Assembly: GCF_001194135.2 (NCBI RefSeq)
Contig: NC_068988.1
Location: 41,906,670-41,970,264 of the forward strand
Source: Octopus bimaculoides
Lineage: Eukaryota
DNA length: 63,595 nt
Reading direction: 5' to 3'
Shown: positions 52,741-63,595 of the stretch, one piece after another
Numbering within the stretch: the first letter of the stretch is position 1
Layout: every line of letters begins with the position of its first letter
The notes under the pieces: model-generated
Seen by the model: the letters and a program-made list of their open reading frames with translations, nothing else
The model's database searches: none
Told to the model about the DNA's origin: nothing
Made by a program: the position numbers and the translations under genes

Positions 52741-53699
52741 ATAGAACGATGATAATGATACCAATCAATGACAGATAAGGTAATAGGTGATGAAGTTATC
52801 CCAATGATAATTTGAATCTGTAATATCTTCAACTGGACGATAAATGAATCACCAAGTCTGTCGTCTATTTGTAATTTATTACATATTATTTACCTTTTCA
52901 TATTTCTAAATTATCTCTAGCTCTACTGAGATTTCTGAAATTATTAAATATATGATAGCTTTGATCATAAAAAGTAATGCTAGATTTTCAAAGGATGCAC
53001 AATAACCTAATAGACCATGCTATTAACATTTCACAGTTGTAAATTCTCTGTTTGTTGTTCGTTTAGAAATTGAATAGAAATGTTTATTGGTATATTGGTT
53101 ACAATATGGATACCATACATGTCGAGTACATAATCAGTGATACAGAATTTAACAGATCATGTGAAGGACACAGTTCACGATTTTTTATCTCCTAATTCAC
53201 ACGGAACTAGCAGTTATACATAGAAACAAATATCTAAATATTTTAACATCATGTAAACATCAACTAGACTGTGCCCCAGTGTTTGGTTATGACCCTCTGT
53301 TCTCTTCCACACACTAATAACTTACGTGTCACCACCCCGACAACAACTTCTCTGGCGCATATGGCACTGCTCTTCATTTATCTTTAACATTATCCAACCA
53401 TGAATTATTGTCACATGATCTCAGAGACCTCACCCAAGCCTATACTAACTCCACGAATAAAAACTACGGAATTATCTTCCTACTGGAGTATACAGGTTTT
53501 GACTCGTTCAACGGCCAGAAAACATAGACGCTATTAGTAAACATAAGGACACAGGAAATGTGTCAAGGCGGACAGGAAGCGGTGCAGCTTCCTAGGTCTA
53601 ACCAACAGTAGTATTATTCCCTTCAGTTGACTGTCACATTAAGTTGACAGCATACAACTACTATACCCGGCCTTGCTCGGGATTAAAATGGCATAGATT

Positions 53700-53990
53700 T
53701 TTATTGTTTTACTTATTTCAATCATGTGAGTGCGGACATGCTGGAGCACCACCGTTGGTCGAAGAAATCAACCACAGGATTTATTCTTTGTAAGCCTAGT
53801 ACTCATTCTGTCACTGTCTTTTACCAAACCGCTAAGTTACGGGAATGTAAACACAGCAACAGCAGTTGTCAAGCAATGGTGGGCGTACAAACACAAGACA
53901 CGCACACACATACACATATATACGACAGTCTTCTTTCAATTTCTGAGTACGAAATCCACTCAGAAGGTTTTGGTCAGCCTGAGGCTATAA
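53700..53990 (-). mobile_element. SINE family B, 5'-truncated
   Basis: CATGCTGGAGCACC..AAGCCTAGTACTCATTC..CCGCTAAGTTACGGG..AAATCCACTCAGAAGG. Confidence 0.8.
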
Positions 53991-54007
53991 TAAGCATGTA
54001 TATATAT

Positions 54008-54042
<35 letters not shown>

Positions 54043-54046
<4 letters not shown>

Positions 54047-54619
54047 ATAGCTGACATACCCGGTAATTCCCGGGAAAGCGTGCTTATCCATTGGTTCCGT
54101 TCTCATAATTGTTTCGCTAATCCAGTAGCAATACAAAGTATGTAGGTTTTTGTGTATTCATTGACAATACCGAACTGTCTTACAAAGGATCTTGCTTTTA
54201 GGAATTTCGAATAACTTATGAATACCCAAATTGTGAAGTCAGTTATGTAATAACATGAAATTAATTACTCTATATTTAGATTTCAAATAAAGTAGCCCCG
54301 AAAAGGGCTTTAATACTTCCCAAAGTATATAGATTTTAGGAGGAAATATTAATAAGGTATGTATACTAAAATCGTGCAACATGTTACGTAATAATAGGCT
54401 AATCAGATATGAGATAATAACAATTCAAAGTAATTAACTGTGAAAAAAAGCTTTTCTGCGTTCCCAGAGAATATTACCCTCAGCAGCGCTTGTGTTGGTT
54501 TATTCGTGAAGTGTGAAGTCTAAGAAAAATCGGTCGAGCCGTTTTAGCGCAAGACGAGGACATACCGATACACACACACACACACACACATAGACATTTT
54601 CAGTTTTAATATGTAAGAT
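54043..54619 (+). mobile_element. Non-autonomous Helitron/Helentron-associated (DINE/HINE-like) element
   Basis: 5' ATAATAGCTGACATACCCGG..CCCGGG hairpin; 3' AAAAATCGGTCGAGCCGTTTT, then (CA)n and TTTTAATATGTAAGAT. A similar 5' end is at about 53660. Confidence 0.55.
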
Positions 54620-54786
54620 AATACTAATAATTGCTTCAAGTTTTGACACAAGGCCAGCATGAAGAAGAAGAAGAATTAAACACTTTCAATGCAGTAAAAA
54701 TGACAACACCGAAATAAACCACAACGCAAACTCTAGACAATGCAGTAAAATCACGCAATAAAATTAAGGCTACTGAATGCAGATGT

Positions 54787-54830
<44 letters not shown>

Positions 54831-55137
54831 TTATAATTACATGCCAACAATCCAAGAGTTGTTAGGTCAATGACATGAACGAATTCATAACGATTGGTTT
54901 CTAACGAAGAATTCAATTGATAATTATTCCATCAGAGCCGCATTTCGTGCAGTCCTTCCAGCATGAGTATCGATAGCAGTGTCATTGATATACAGTAGCA
55001 TTCCAGTTGTTTTCTAAAGGCAAAAATAATGAAACATAGTAAAGAATGCTGATCATAAATGGATAACATACACACACACTCACGCACGCACGCACGCACA
55101 CACACACACACACACATGCATACACATATATACATAC

Positions 55138-55672
55138 ATCCTTCACAAATCATCTCTTCGCATAATAATAAGTTGTTAAATACAAAACCACATAATGAAA
55201 ATACTAACATTAATTTTGCTAACACTACCCATTCTTTAAATAATAAAAACAGCGGGATTATTGTTTCTGAAGTCAACTCCAATTGCATTCGTTTTCTTAG
55301 CAGTAATTCTAAGACTAGAAACACTATTTATCAGTGTAAAATTACTTCCGGTTCTGACGTCTCTTTTTATACAGTTGTCCAAAAGAATATTTAATCATTA
55401 CTCTACATTTAGGCATATCCATAAACGTAACAGTACCGAGATTAGTAAATTAATCTGGTATCTAAAAGATCGTAATAAACAATTTAATTCGGAATGGAAT
55501 ATTCTCTCTATTTCTTTGCCGTATAACAAAGGTAAATCTTTTTGGTCGCTTTGTAATAGTGAAATATTTTTTTTTTTATCCTATTCTCAAAGAATCCCCT
55601 TGTAAACACGTTTATAGAACGCGTTTATCGTTGTAAACATTGGCAGAGACATACCTTTAGTTCTTATAAGTG
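55138..55672 (+). mobile_element. Penelope-like GIY-YIG endonuclease relic
   Basis: QIISSHNNKLL..TIYQCKIT; LSKRIFNHYSTFRH..STEISKLIWYLKD..EWNIL..PY..SLCNSE; VYRCKHW. Confidence 0.85.
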
Positions 55673-55969
55673 ATTTTTACCATTCTATAGAATTCGACCT
55701 TTGACTGTCTTCTTACATTTCACCTCCACTAAACATATCTGCTTCCATGCCTTTAAGCTTTGTTTTAAGTCACCTATCGCTCTATATCTCTCTACTATTA
55801 GTTTTCTGCCAATTTCTTTATTTCTCCGCCTTCTCTTTCTATAAACTACCTTTGACGTTATCTCTACTAACGGTTCTTTTAAAAAAAAAACTTAATAGCG
55901 TCCCCTTCATCATTATACGCAGTCATCACATTCTGCTAAAATGTCTTATTAGTGTGTTTGGTTTCTTTC

Positions 55970-56057
55970 TTTCCCTGGTGAGAAGATTGCATTGTTTTAC
56001 ACCATTTTATTCCTTCTGGAATAATACCAATCTTGTCTTCGAAACATATGCTGGAAG
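55970..56057 (+). ncRNA. Decayed type-I hammerhead downstream of the PLE endonuclease (putative pLTR)
   Basis: TTTCC-CTGGTGA-GAAGATTG...CAATCTTGTCTTC-GAAA-C-ATAT-GCT-GGAAG. Two core substitutions; stem I is TTTCC/GGAAG. Confidence 0.55.
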
Positions 56058-56289
56058 TAAAAGAATTTGAATAACACCTGCGTTTAACTCCATTTATTTG
56101 TTTATCTATATCATACAAAACATTTCACCTAAACCTGGAGTTTCTACCTTTATAGACAGGCTGTTACATCCTTGTTACTTGTGTGAATTTTTGCTACCCT
56201 GGCAACTGTTTATTTATTTTTTTCCTGTTATTTGTAAATACTGAAAAAAACACATACCTTTATATACATACATATAGATATATATATAT

Positions 56290-56407
<118 letters not shown>

Positions 56408-56419
56408 ACACACCCACAA

Positions 56420-56745
56420 ACGTGTGCGCGTATTCATATTCTTTTACTCTTTTTACTTGTTTCTATCGGGGTTTGTTGCCGAACCGCTAAATAAACACAC
56501 CGACATCAATTGTCAAACGATGGTGTGGAAACAAACTCAGGCACAGAGACACAGTCACATAAATATATACTTATATCTATATATGATAAGCTTCTTTCAG
56601 CTTCCGTCTACCAAATCCACTCACAAGTTTTGGGTCGGCACATGGCTATGACAGAAGACACTTGCCTAAGGTGTTACGCAGTGGCACTGAACCCGGAACT
56701 ATATGGCTGAGAAGCAAGCTTCTAACCACATATCCACGCCTGTGC
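56420..56745 (-). mobile_element. SINE family B copy; an opposite-strand tail fragment follows at about 56845-56925
   Basis: Homologous to 24004-24422; the tail (GAGTAAAA)n is on the + strand at about 56890. Confidence 0.8.
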
Positions 56746-57290
56746 CGTGACAGTATGTGCACACACACACACACACATACACACACATACACACACACAT
56801 ACACACACATATACATACACCTACAAACGCGCGCGTATTTATATATGCTAAAGGCGGTGCTCCAGCATGGCCACAGTCAAATGACTGAAACAAGTAAAAG
56901 AGTAAAAGAGTAAAAGAGTAAAGAGAATATATATATATANNNNNNNNNNNNNNNNNNNNNNNNNNNNNNNNNNNNNNNNNNNNNNNNNNNNNNNNNNNNN
57001 NNNNNNNNNNNNNNNNNNNNNNNNNNNNNNNNNNNNNNNNNNNNNNNNNNNNNNNNNNNNNNNCTAAGTGCTAGACTTCTACTTTCTTTTATTGATCCCG
57101 GAAGAATGAAATGCAAAGGTGAGCTAGGCGAAATCAAACCACAAGATGTAAAGAGCTGGAACAAATATCGCACGGATTTTTTTCGATCATCTTCCGTTCC
57201 TGCTAATCTATTACTTTGTTTATACATAAAGTAATGTTTATATCTATGTCTATTTATCTACACACACACACACACACACACACATACACA

Positions 57291-57321
<31 letters not shown>

Positions 57322-57341
57322 TCACTCACTCACACATTCAC

Positions 57342-57732
57342 GTTAAATAAAATGAGACAACAAAGCCAAGGATGTGTGGAATTTATCAGCTATTTATAAA
57401 GAGAAAGGTAGTTTTACAGCTCTTTCTGAGATATTAGGGATATCGCTTCATCAGAGACGATGTGAGAGAGTTAACTAGAGGGAAATAGTAGAGTTCAAGA
57501 TAAGGAATTATTTTAGAAAAGATAGATATAGGAAGTATAAAGGAAAATAAGAGAATAAAAATTAAAATATGTATATATTGAACTCTATTATTTCCCTCGT
57601 TAACTCTCTCATATCGTGTCTGATGAAGGGATATTCCTAATATCACAGAAACAGCTGTAAGACTACCTTTCACTTTATAAATGTGTCATAATTTCCACAC
57701 AGCCTTGGCTTTATTGTCTCATTTTATTTAAC
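57342..57732. mobile_element. Fold-back element with ~160-bp inverted arms, each with a hammerhead relic
   Basis: GTTAAATAAAATGAGACAACAAAGCCAAGG pairs with CCTTGGCTTTATTGTCTCATTTTATTTAAC. The + arm reads GTGT-CTGATGA-AGG-GATATT(cct)AATATC-ACA-GAAA-C-AGCT-GTA-AGAC (57616-57663). Confidence 0.85.
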
Positions 57733-57880
57733 ATATACATGCTCACACAAGACCCGCATTAGACTCCTCACTCGTACTATTATCGAACCAAGTCTCTAAC
57801 TACGGTCCTCCCGTAGCACTTCTATAGCCTTACCTGCCATCTTGGGTCTCCTGTATGCCAATACTTCTCATATATATATC

Positions 57881-58014
<134 letters not shown>

Positions 58015-58015
58015 T

Positions 58016-58666
58016 TTCTTTAAATCTCTCAAAGAAAGACATTCAGTAACAGTTCTTTATAGTAAAGGCCATTTTCTAACATAATGTAGCTGTCTCGAAG
58101 GGACGATGTTACTGTTGTTTTAGCCCTAAGTTTCTAGCTGGCTATACGTCACACTATCTGTCTCCTTATATTTTCGAACAGGGAGCTCAGCATTCCCATC
58201 AAGCACAAAACAACATCTGTGGACTAGTTTCTGGCCGGTTATTGCCCTTTATCAACGCAGATAGCTGCTTTGGCCGGATGGCGTTGCTGAATTCACTGCT
58301 CGAACATATAGTTTTCAAGCTGACACAGCCCCTGTTGGTAAATAGCCTTTACTTTAAAGAACTGTTACTGAATGTCTCTTTTTGAGAGATTTAGAAATGA
58401 TGATATTTCTAACTTTTGATCAGTGGTTGTGTATCACTTCGAAAACTATATGTTCGAGTGGTGAATTCCGAGATGCCATCTGGCCAAAGTAGCTACTCTG
58501 CGTTGATAAAGGGCAATAACTGGACAGAAACTAGTCAGAATTTTGCGCTCCCTGTTCGAAAATATAGGGTCACAGATAGTGTGACGTATAGCCAGCTAGA
58601 AACGATGTTCCTTGGAGCTAAAACAACAGTAACATCGGCTCTTTCGGGACAGCCACATTTATGTTG
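58016..58666. repeat. Interleaved inverted repeats A-B-A'-B'
   Basis: A 58016-58081 vs A' 58333-58396; B 58077-58321 vs B' 58437-58666 (e.g. GTTTCTAGCTGGCTATACGTCACACTATCTGT and its reverse complement). Confidence 0.85.
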
Positions 58667-58701
58667 ACAAATAATCTTTACTTTAGATATATATATAATA
58701 C

Positions 58702-59098
58702 AATTACCTGTAACAGGCAATTTCTACACGCTAGAAGACAGCCAAAACGACCGAAAAACCACAAAAGATTTCGTTTCGGCATTTTTCATTTTCTGTCGAC
58801 TGAAACTGCGCCTGCGCAGTGGATTTTGAATAAATTATAACATATATCTAAGAGACACGTGTGTTTTGTCTCATAGTTATACGTTAATCTTTGACAGCTG
58901 GTTACTGAAGAGAATTTGCCTAGTAATTTTTTTTATTTAGTGAAAAACTTCGAAACCTATAGGTCTAACCGTTAAAATAAGGTAAAAGTTTTTATTTTTT
59001 CTTTCTCTTTGAAATGTTTAAATTTTTTGCGGTTTTCGGTCGTTTTTGACTGTCTTTAACACGCTAGTGTTATAGGTAATTGCCTGTTATAGGTAATT
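58702..59098. mobile_element. MITE with ~65-bp imperfect TIRs
   Basis: AATTACCTGTAACAGGCAATT..AAAACGACCGAAAAACC vs GGTTTTCGGTCGTTTT..AATTGCCTGTTATAGGTAATT. Confidence 0.7.
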
Positions 59099-60091
59099 TC
59101 TCTTGTATTTAAATATATATATATATATATATATACCAACTAACATGTATAGATTTCTGCTCATGAGGATAAGGGGAAAACATTTTACTCTTAATGTTCA
59201 TGTAGAAACCTAAGCGGAGGGGTTCTTCCACATGATTATTTTCTCTACTAAATAAAGTATGTACCTCCTACTATTTTTGAGGTAAGGTCTTCCACCTGTC
59301 TCCACTTGATGTTACATTGTGTTATATCGTGAACCATTTGGTTTCAATATCCATGCATAAATCTCTGCACAATATAAACGTTAGAGGCCCAACGCAATTC
59401 TTGGGATCAGAGAAGAAAATTACCTAGTAGATAGAGCTTATCTGTAGACAACTGCCTCGAAACATACACATTTTCAACCTGTATTACAAATTTATAAATA
59501 TTAGTTCACACGTTTATGTGACTAACATGTCTAACTGGTAAGAACAAATAGTTTGGTCTTCCAAACAAAGAATGCAATCGACTAATACACAGTTTGTAAA
59601 TAGAAATTGTGAATGGAAGAGTAAAAGCATGCAAGACCTTTCTAACATTCAGCATTTTATCTCTTCACCATTGCTTAAATGGGATTTCCCGGAATATGAA
59701 GTTTAGTTCTTACTTAGAAACAAACTGCTTCTTCATAAGAAGATTTTAAGTGATTTAAAAGAAAGGACAAAATATACGCAACGCTAATATGAGGCACACA
59801 GTTAGGTGTATGATGCTGTTGTAAAAAATCTGAGTATATATTTATCAACGTTAGTGTTACCATTACAACCGAACAAGCAGGGGGGATATCTATGTATAAT
59901 TGCGTAACTGGACAAATAGCAAACATTCAACGTCATCAATAGCAGCTCGAGCTTAGTAATTTATTTGTCCGGGCGTGATCTTCCAGAAATAGTAACCTCT
60001 TCTCTTTATTTCCATTCTACCGATTCATACGTACGCTTATATATAAGTTTGTGAGCGTACGCGCATTTGTATGTGTGTTTGTGTCTGTGTG

Positions 60092-60127
<36 letters not shown>

Positions 60128-60557
60128 TGTGCGAGCATATTCAAGCTAATATTTACTGACATCATTTGAGACAAATCTTCCAGAAATAGCTTCCGCCATT
60201 TTTCTCAGTTATGTTGCTGCTTTGTGTATTCGTGATTAATATATGTATATGGGCATGTTTGCATCTATATTTGGAGCAATAGATCTTGAAACACACAAAG
60301 TAATATCATGTAAATAGTGGTTCAAAACCCTTTTGGTTAGAATACTTGCATGCTGTTATTTATTGATTTGTGTGCTTCGAGATACATTGTTCCAAAGAAT
60401 TTTTTCATGTTCATGATAAATATGTCTGTGTGTGTGTGTGTAAATACAAACGCGCGCGCGCGCACACACACATATCAGAAAACAAGCACGCTCTAAAGAA
60501 TAGAGCAGTAATTGTTACAGAAAAAAATTCTTACAAAAAGTTTTATATCTTGGACAT

Positions 60558-60618
60558 AGAGTTACCTAAGCTTTTGTATCCACAAAGCCATAGCCTTGTG
60601 GAAAGCTCGTCATACTCT
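60558..60618 (-). ncRNA. Decayed hammerhead downstream of the PLE endonuclease
   Basis: Minus: AGAGT-ATGACGA-GCTT-TCCACAA..TTGTGGA..AAGC-TTAG-GTA-ACTCT. Stem I (AGAGT/ACTCT) is perfect; GAAA is lost. Confidence 0.45.
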
Positions 60619-60804
60619 ATACAAAGACAATGAATTTAATTTTCTATGTCGGGGAAACGCTACGTGAGGAAGCGCTCAGAAAGCGAGAAATACGTCTTAA
60701 CAAAAGGAAAAAAAGACGTTAATGAGGACAGGTTGTTTCCCCTGAACCAGAGGATAAAACAATCCATATAGATCCGAAAAGGCCAAACCAGCAAATGAGG
60801 TGAT

Positions 60805-61600
60805 CTAATTTTCCAGTAGGTAGCGCTTGAAGTGGACACATTTAGAAAACGATTATTTAACGCGCCAAGTTTCGTATAGTCCTTAAGAATTTTGGCTGTC
60901 TCTGCGATGCAGATTTAACAACTGCCACTTCCATTAGTATATGGGCATGGATGATCAATTCTTTTCCACATGATATCACACGGGCGCCCTTGGTCTTTGA
61001 GGTGTCACACATGGTGGGCCAGGGACGTGACAAACCGTCTTTCTGGGACTCTGAAGGATGACAGGTGGTTAAGAAAGCGTCGTTTGAAAGATGTACTGGC
61101 AGATCCAATATATTTACAAACATGGGATGTAGCCATATTCGCACCCTTGGTAACATATGGTGCGGGGCCGGTCATCCCATCGGTGTTGAGAGATAATTAT
61201 TTGGTCAACTTCTGTGGTGGTGGTACTGGGAATGTCGGATACCTTCTCCATGTCGCTGGTCCTGAATTGGTCATCATCTCTAGGTGTGGTGATTGTACTG
61301 GTGGTAATATATGTTGCGCGTCTGGTCACTCTATCTGTGTCTATGATAATGGTTTGTTCATTATTTGTGGTGGTGGTACTGGGGTCATTGGTTACGCGCT
61401 CTGTGACGCTAGACTCGGACTGTTTATTGTCTGTAGGCGTGGCGATTGTAATGGCGTGAGATCTGGTTAATCTGTTAATATTGCTGTTGGATGGTACATT
61501 ATTGGTAATTCGGATTGCAAGTCTAAGTATCAGTGTAGCTTCATAGACAACCCCTTCAGCCTCGCATCGGCCTCCTACTGGACAGTTATTATATACCCTG
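60805..61600 (-). mobile_element. Penelope-like GIY-YIG endonuclease relic with a large internal Thr-rich insert
   Basis: CPVGGRCEAEGVVYEAT [insert] KYIGSASTSFKRRFLNHLSSF..TSLAHHV*HLKD..W..PYTNG..C*IC..E..LNNR / SKCVHFKRYLLEN*. Confidence 0.85.
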
Positions 61601-61727
61601 AACATGCACACACACACACGCATACACACATATACATACAAATACAAACACAAACACACACACAAACAAACACATATTTATTAATGTATAGTGGGACGAA
61701 TATCTAACTGACACCAGATCATGGTGA

Positions 61728-61791
61728 GTTCAATATGTGACATCAGATGATACTGAGATATCTCAGTATCATCTGATGTCACATATTGAAC
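61728..61791. repeat. 64-bp perfect spacer-less palindrome, followed by a 22-bp direct duplication (61768-61789 / 61792-61813)
   Basis: GTTCAATATGTGACATCAGATGATACTGAGAT|ATCTCAGTATCATCTGATGTCACATATTGAAC. Confidence 0.95.
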
Positions 61792-61936
61792 ATCATCTGA
61801 TGTCACATATTGAGGGGGTGATTAACATGTAACGTCAGATGAAGGAAAATTTAGCACATGACTTTACATGTAATATTTCGATTTGACAATGGCTGAGTAT
61901 TTACATTGAACATACTTCATACTTCCCACTCACATA

Positions 61937-62420
61937 GTCATCATTATCATCATTATCATCAAGTTCCTGTACCTCATGTAGTCAGTCGTTTTGCTGGCCG
62001 CTGCTCTCTGTCCTGCGCAGCAGTGTAGCAGTGTTGTGAATTGTCTAGTCCTTAATATTTTCAGACCAGGATTTCCTGTCTGCCTCTCTTTTGCTCTTTT
62101 TCAGCTGTACCTTGAAGGAGGGTTTGAGATTATATGCTGTACTCGTGCTCAAATGCGTGGGATTAGATGCTGAAGTACTCGTGCGCAAATGCGTGGTTTC
62201 TTTGCTCCATGTCAGCTGTGAGAGTACATCTCACACATCTATACAGAAGGATGGAAGTCACCAGAGACTTGTACATTTTGAGTCTCGTCGGATAACCCAT
62301 GGATATGCTTTTCCATATGCTCTTCAGCTTCGTCTTGGCACCAGAATCTCGTAATATCTTTTTGATATCTGCTGTTCTTAGCCATAATAGACGCACAGTC
62401 ATAACTTAGACACTAACATA
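61937..62420 (-). mobile_element. RTE-clade LINE 3' end with (GAT)n tail
   Basis: KLKSIWKS..TRLKMYKSLVTSILLY..TLTADME..AF, ending TGATGATAATGATGATAATGATGAC. Confidence 0.85.
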
Positions 62421-63109
62421 GTACTGACAGTTACGTATGATATTCAATATCTCTTTCATACCTAGTTACGTACAGAACATCACAAACCTAATGGTTTGGA
62501 CACAGTATCAGATTCAGCATGAAAACTAAGCAGTCAGTATTGTAAAGTGCTGATAAACACGGAGAAATATAGAAAGAGCAAGAGAGATTTTCTGTGCAAT
62601 ATAATTTGTTGAATATATACACCAGGTTTCATATCACAGCATGCGAATTTCCACTTCATCTACTGTTACCTAATTATCTCTGTATTATTTAGCGTGATCT
62701 GCTAAACACCACGTCATATTATGCCATATTTAACGTCCCAAGTTTTTTCTATATCTTACATGTTAACTTATATATTCATGTTATTATATATGTTTCCATG
62801 TTATTATATATATTCATGTACATTACATGTTAATCTTTACATCATCTTGCATCACATGTTAAAATTCACATCATCTGAAATCAAAAATGTCAACCTTTCT
62901 ATAATCTAACATCATATGATAAACGCTAATCATCTGACATGATACCACCTATTAATTAATCATTACTTTATCTGCTGCTATGTGTTAAACTCTCTCTCAT
63001 GCTACGTCACATCCGTTTAACTTCTCTCAGATAATATTTTAAACTCTCTATCATCTGACCTCACACGTTTATCTCCACATAATTTCAGCTTAATTACTCT
63101 CTTCCACCT

Positions 63110-63151
63110 GACGTCACATCTCTTGTAACATGTTACAAGGGATGTGACGTC
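63110..63151. repeat. 42-bp spacer-less palindrome (one T.G pair)
   Basis: GACGTCACATCTCTTGTAACA|TGTTACAAGGGATGTGACGTC. Confidence 0.9.
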
Positions 63152-63334
63152 TGCATCATGTGACATCACATATTGTTTTTCAGATTAGTGCGCATCACAT
63201 ATTTATAGTGACGTCATATGTTAGTTTTTACATCATCTAACGTCACGTTAACCTCTATAACAACGTTATGCGAGATATGTTAGCCGTACACCCATGAAAC
63301 ACAATACCCCTCGGTTTTTATACTGAATGGATAA

Positions 63335-63595
63335 TTACTCTTTTACTCTTTTACTCTTTTACTTGTTTCAGTCATTTCACAGCGGCCATGTTGAAGCACC
63401 GCCTTTAGTCGAGCAAATCGACCCCAGAACTTATTCTTTGGAAGCCTAGTACTTATTCTATCGGTCTTTTTTGCCGAACCGCTAAGCTACGGGGACATAA
63501 ACACACCAGTATCGGTTGTCAAGCGATGTTGGGTTGACAAACACAGACACACAAACATATTCACAGACATACATATATATATATATATATATATA
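63335..63595 (-). mobile_element. SINE family B 3' half (runs off the window)
   Basis: (TACTCTTT)n tail, GTTTCAGTCATTT..GCACCGCCTTTAGTCGAGCAAATCGACCCC..CGGTTGTCAAGCGATGTTGG. Confidence 0.85.

Overview
AT-rich, microsatellite-laden eukaryotic draft sequence with 10 N-gaps. It is very probably a cephalopod (Octopus-type) scaffold; this is inferred from recognisable tRNA-derived SINE families, not from a search. No host protein-coding gene can be supported, and nearly all ORF-track entries are translated microsatellites, gaps or decayed transposons. The window looks intronic or intergenic and holds Penelope-like element (PLE) relics, RTE-type LINE ends, two mariner relics with MITEs, a Helitron RepHel relic, a hAT MITE and many SINEs. 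The main signals are: (1) several minimal type-I hammerhead ribozyme (HHR) motifs with palindromic stem III, some downstream of PLE endonuclease relics and some in fold-back elements, one of which encloses a tRNA-like Pol III head (candidate PLE-parasitic 'ribozyme SINE', 30023-30406); (2) a strong AG|GTAAGA candidate recursive splice site with a 72-nt RS-exon at 48540, about 130 nt downstream of an intact sense HHR; (3) a GIY-YIG endonuclease relic split by a Thr-rich repeat insert; (4) several zero-spacer palindromes and interleaved inverted repeats. All alignments and folds were done by eye.
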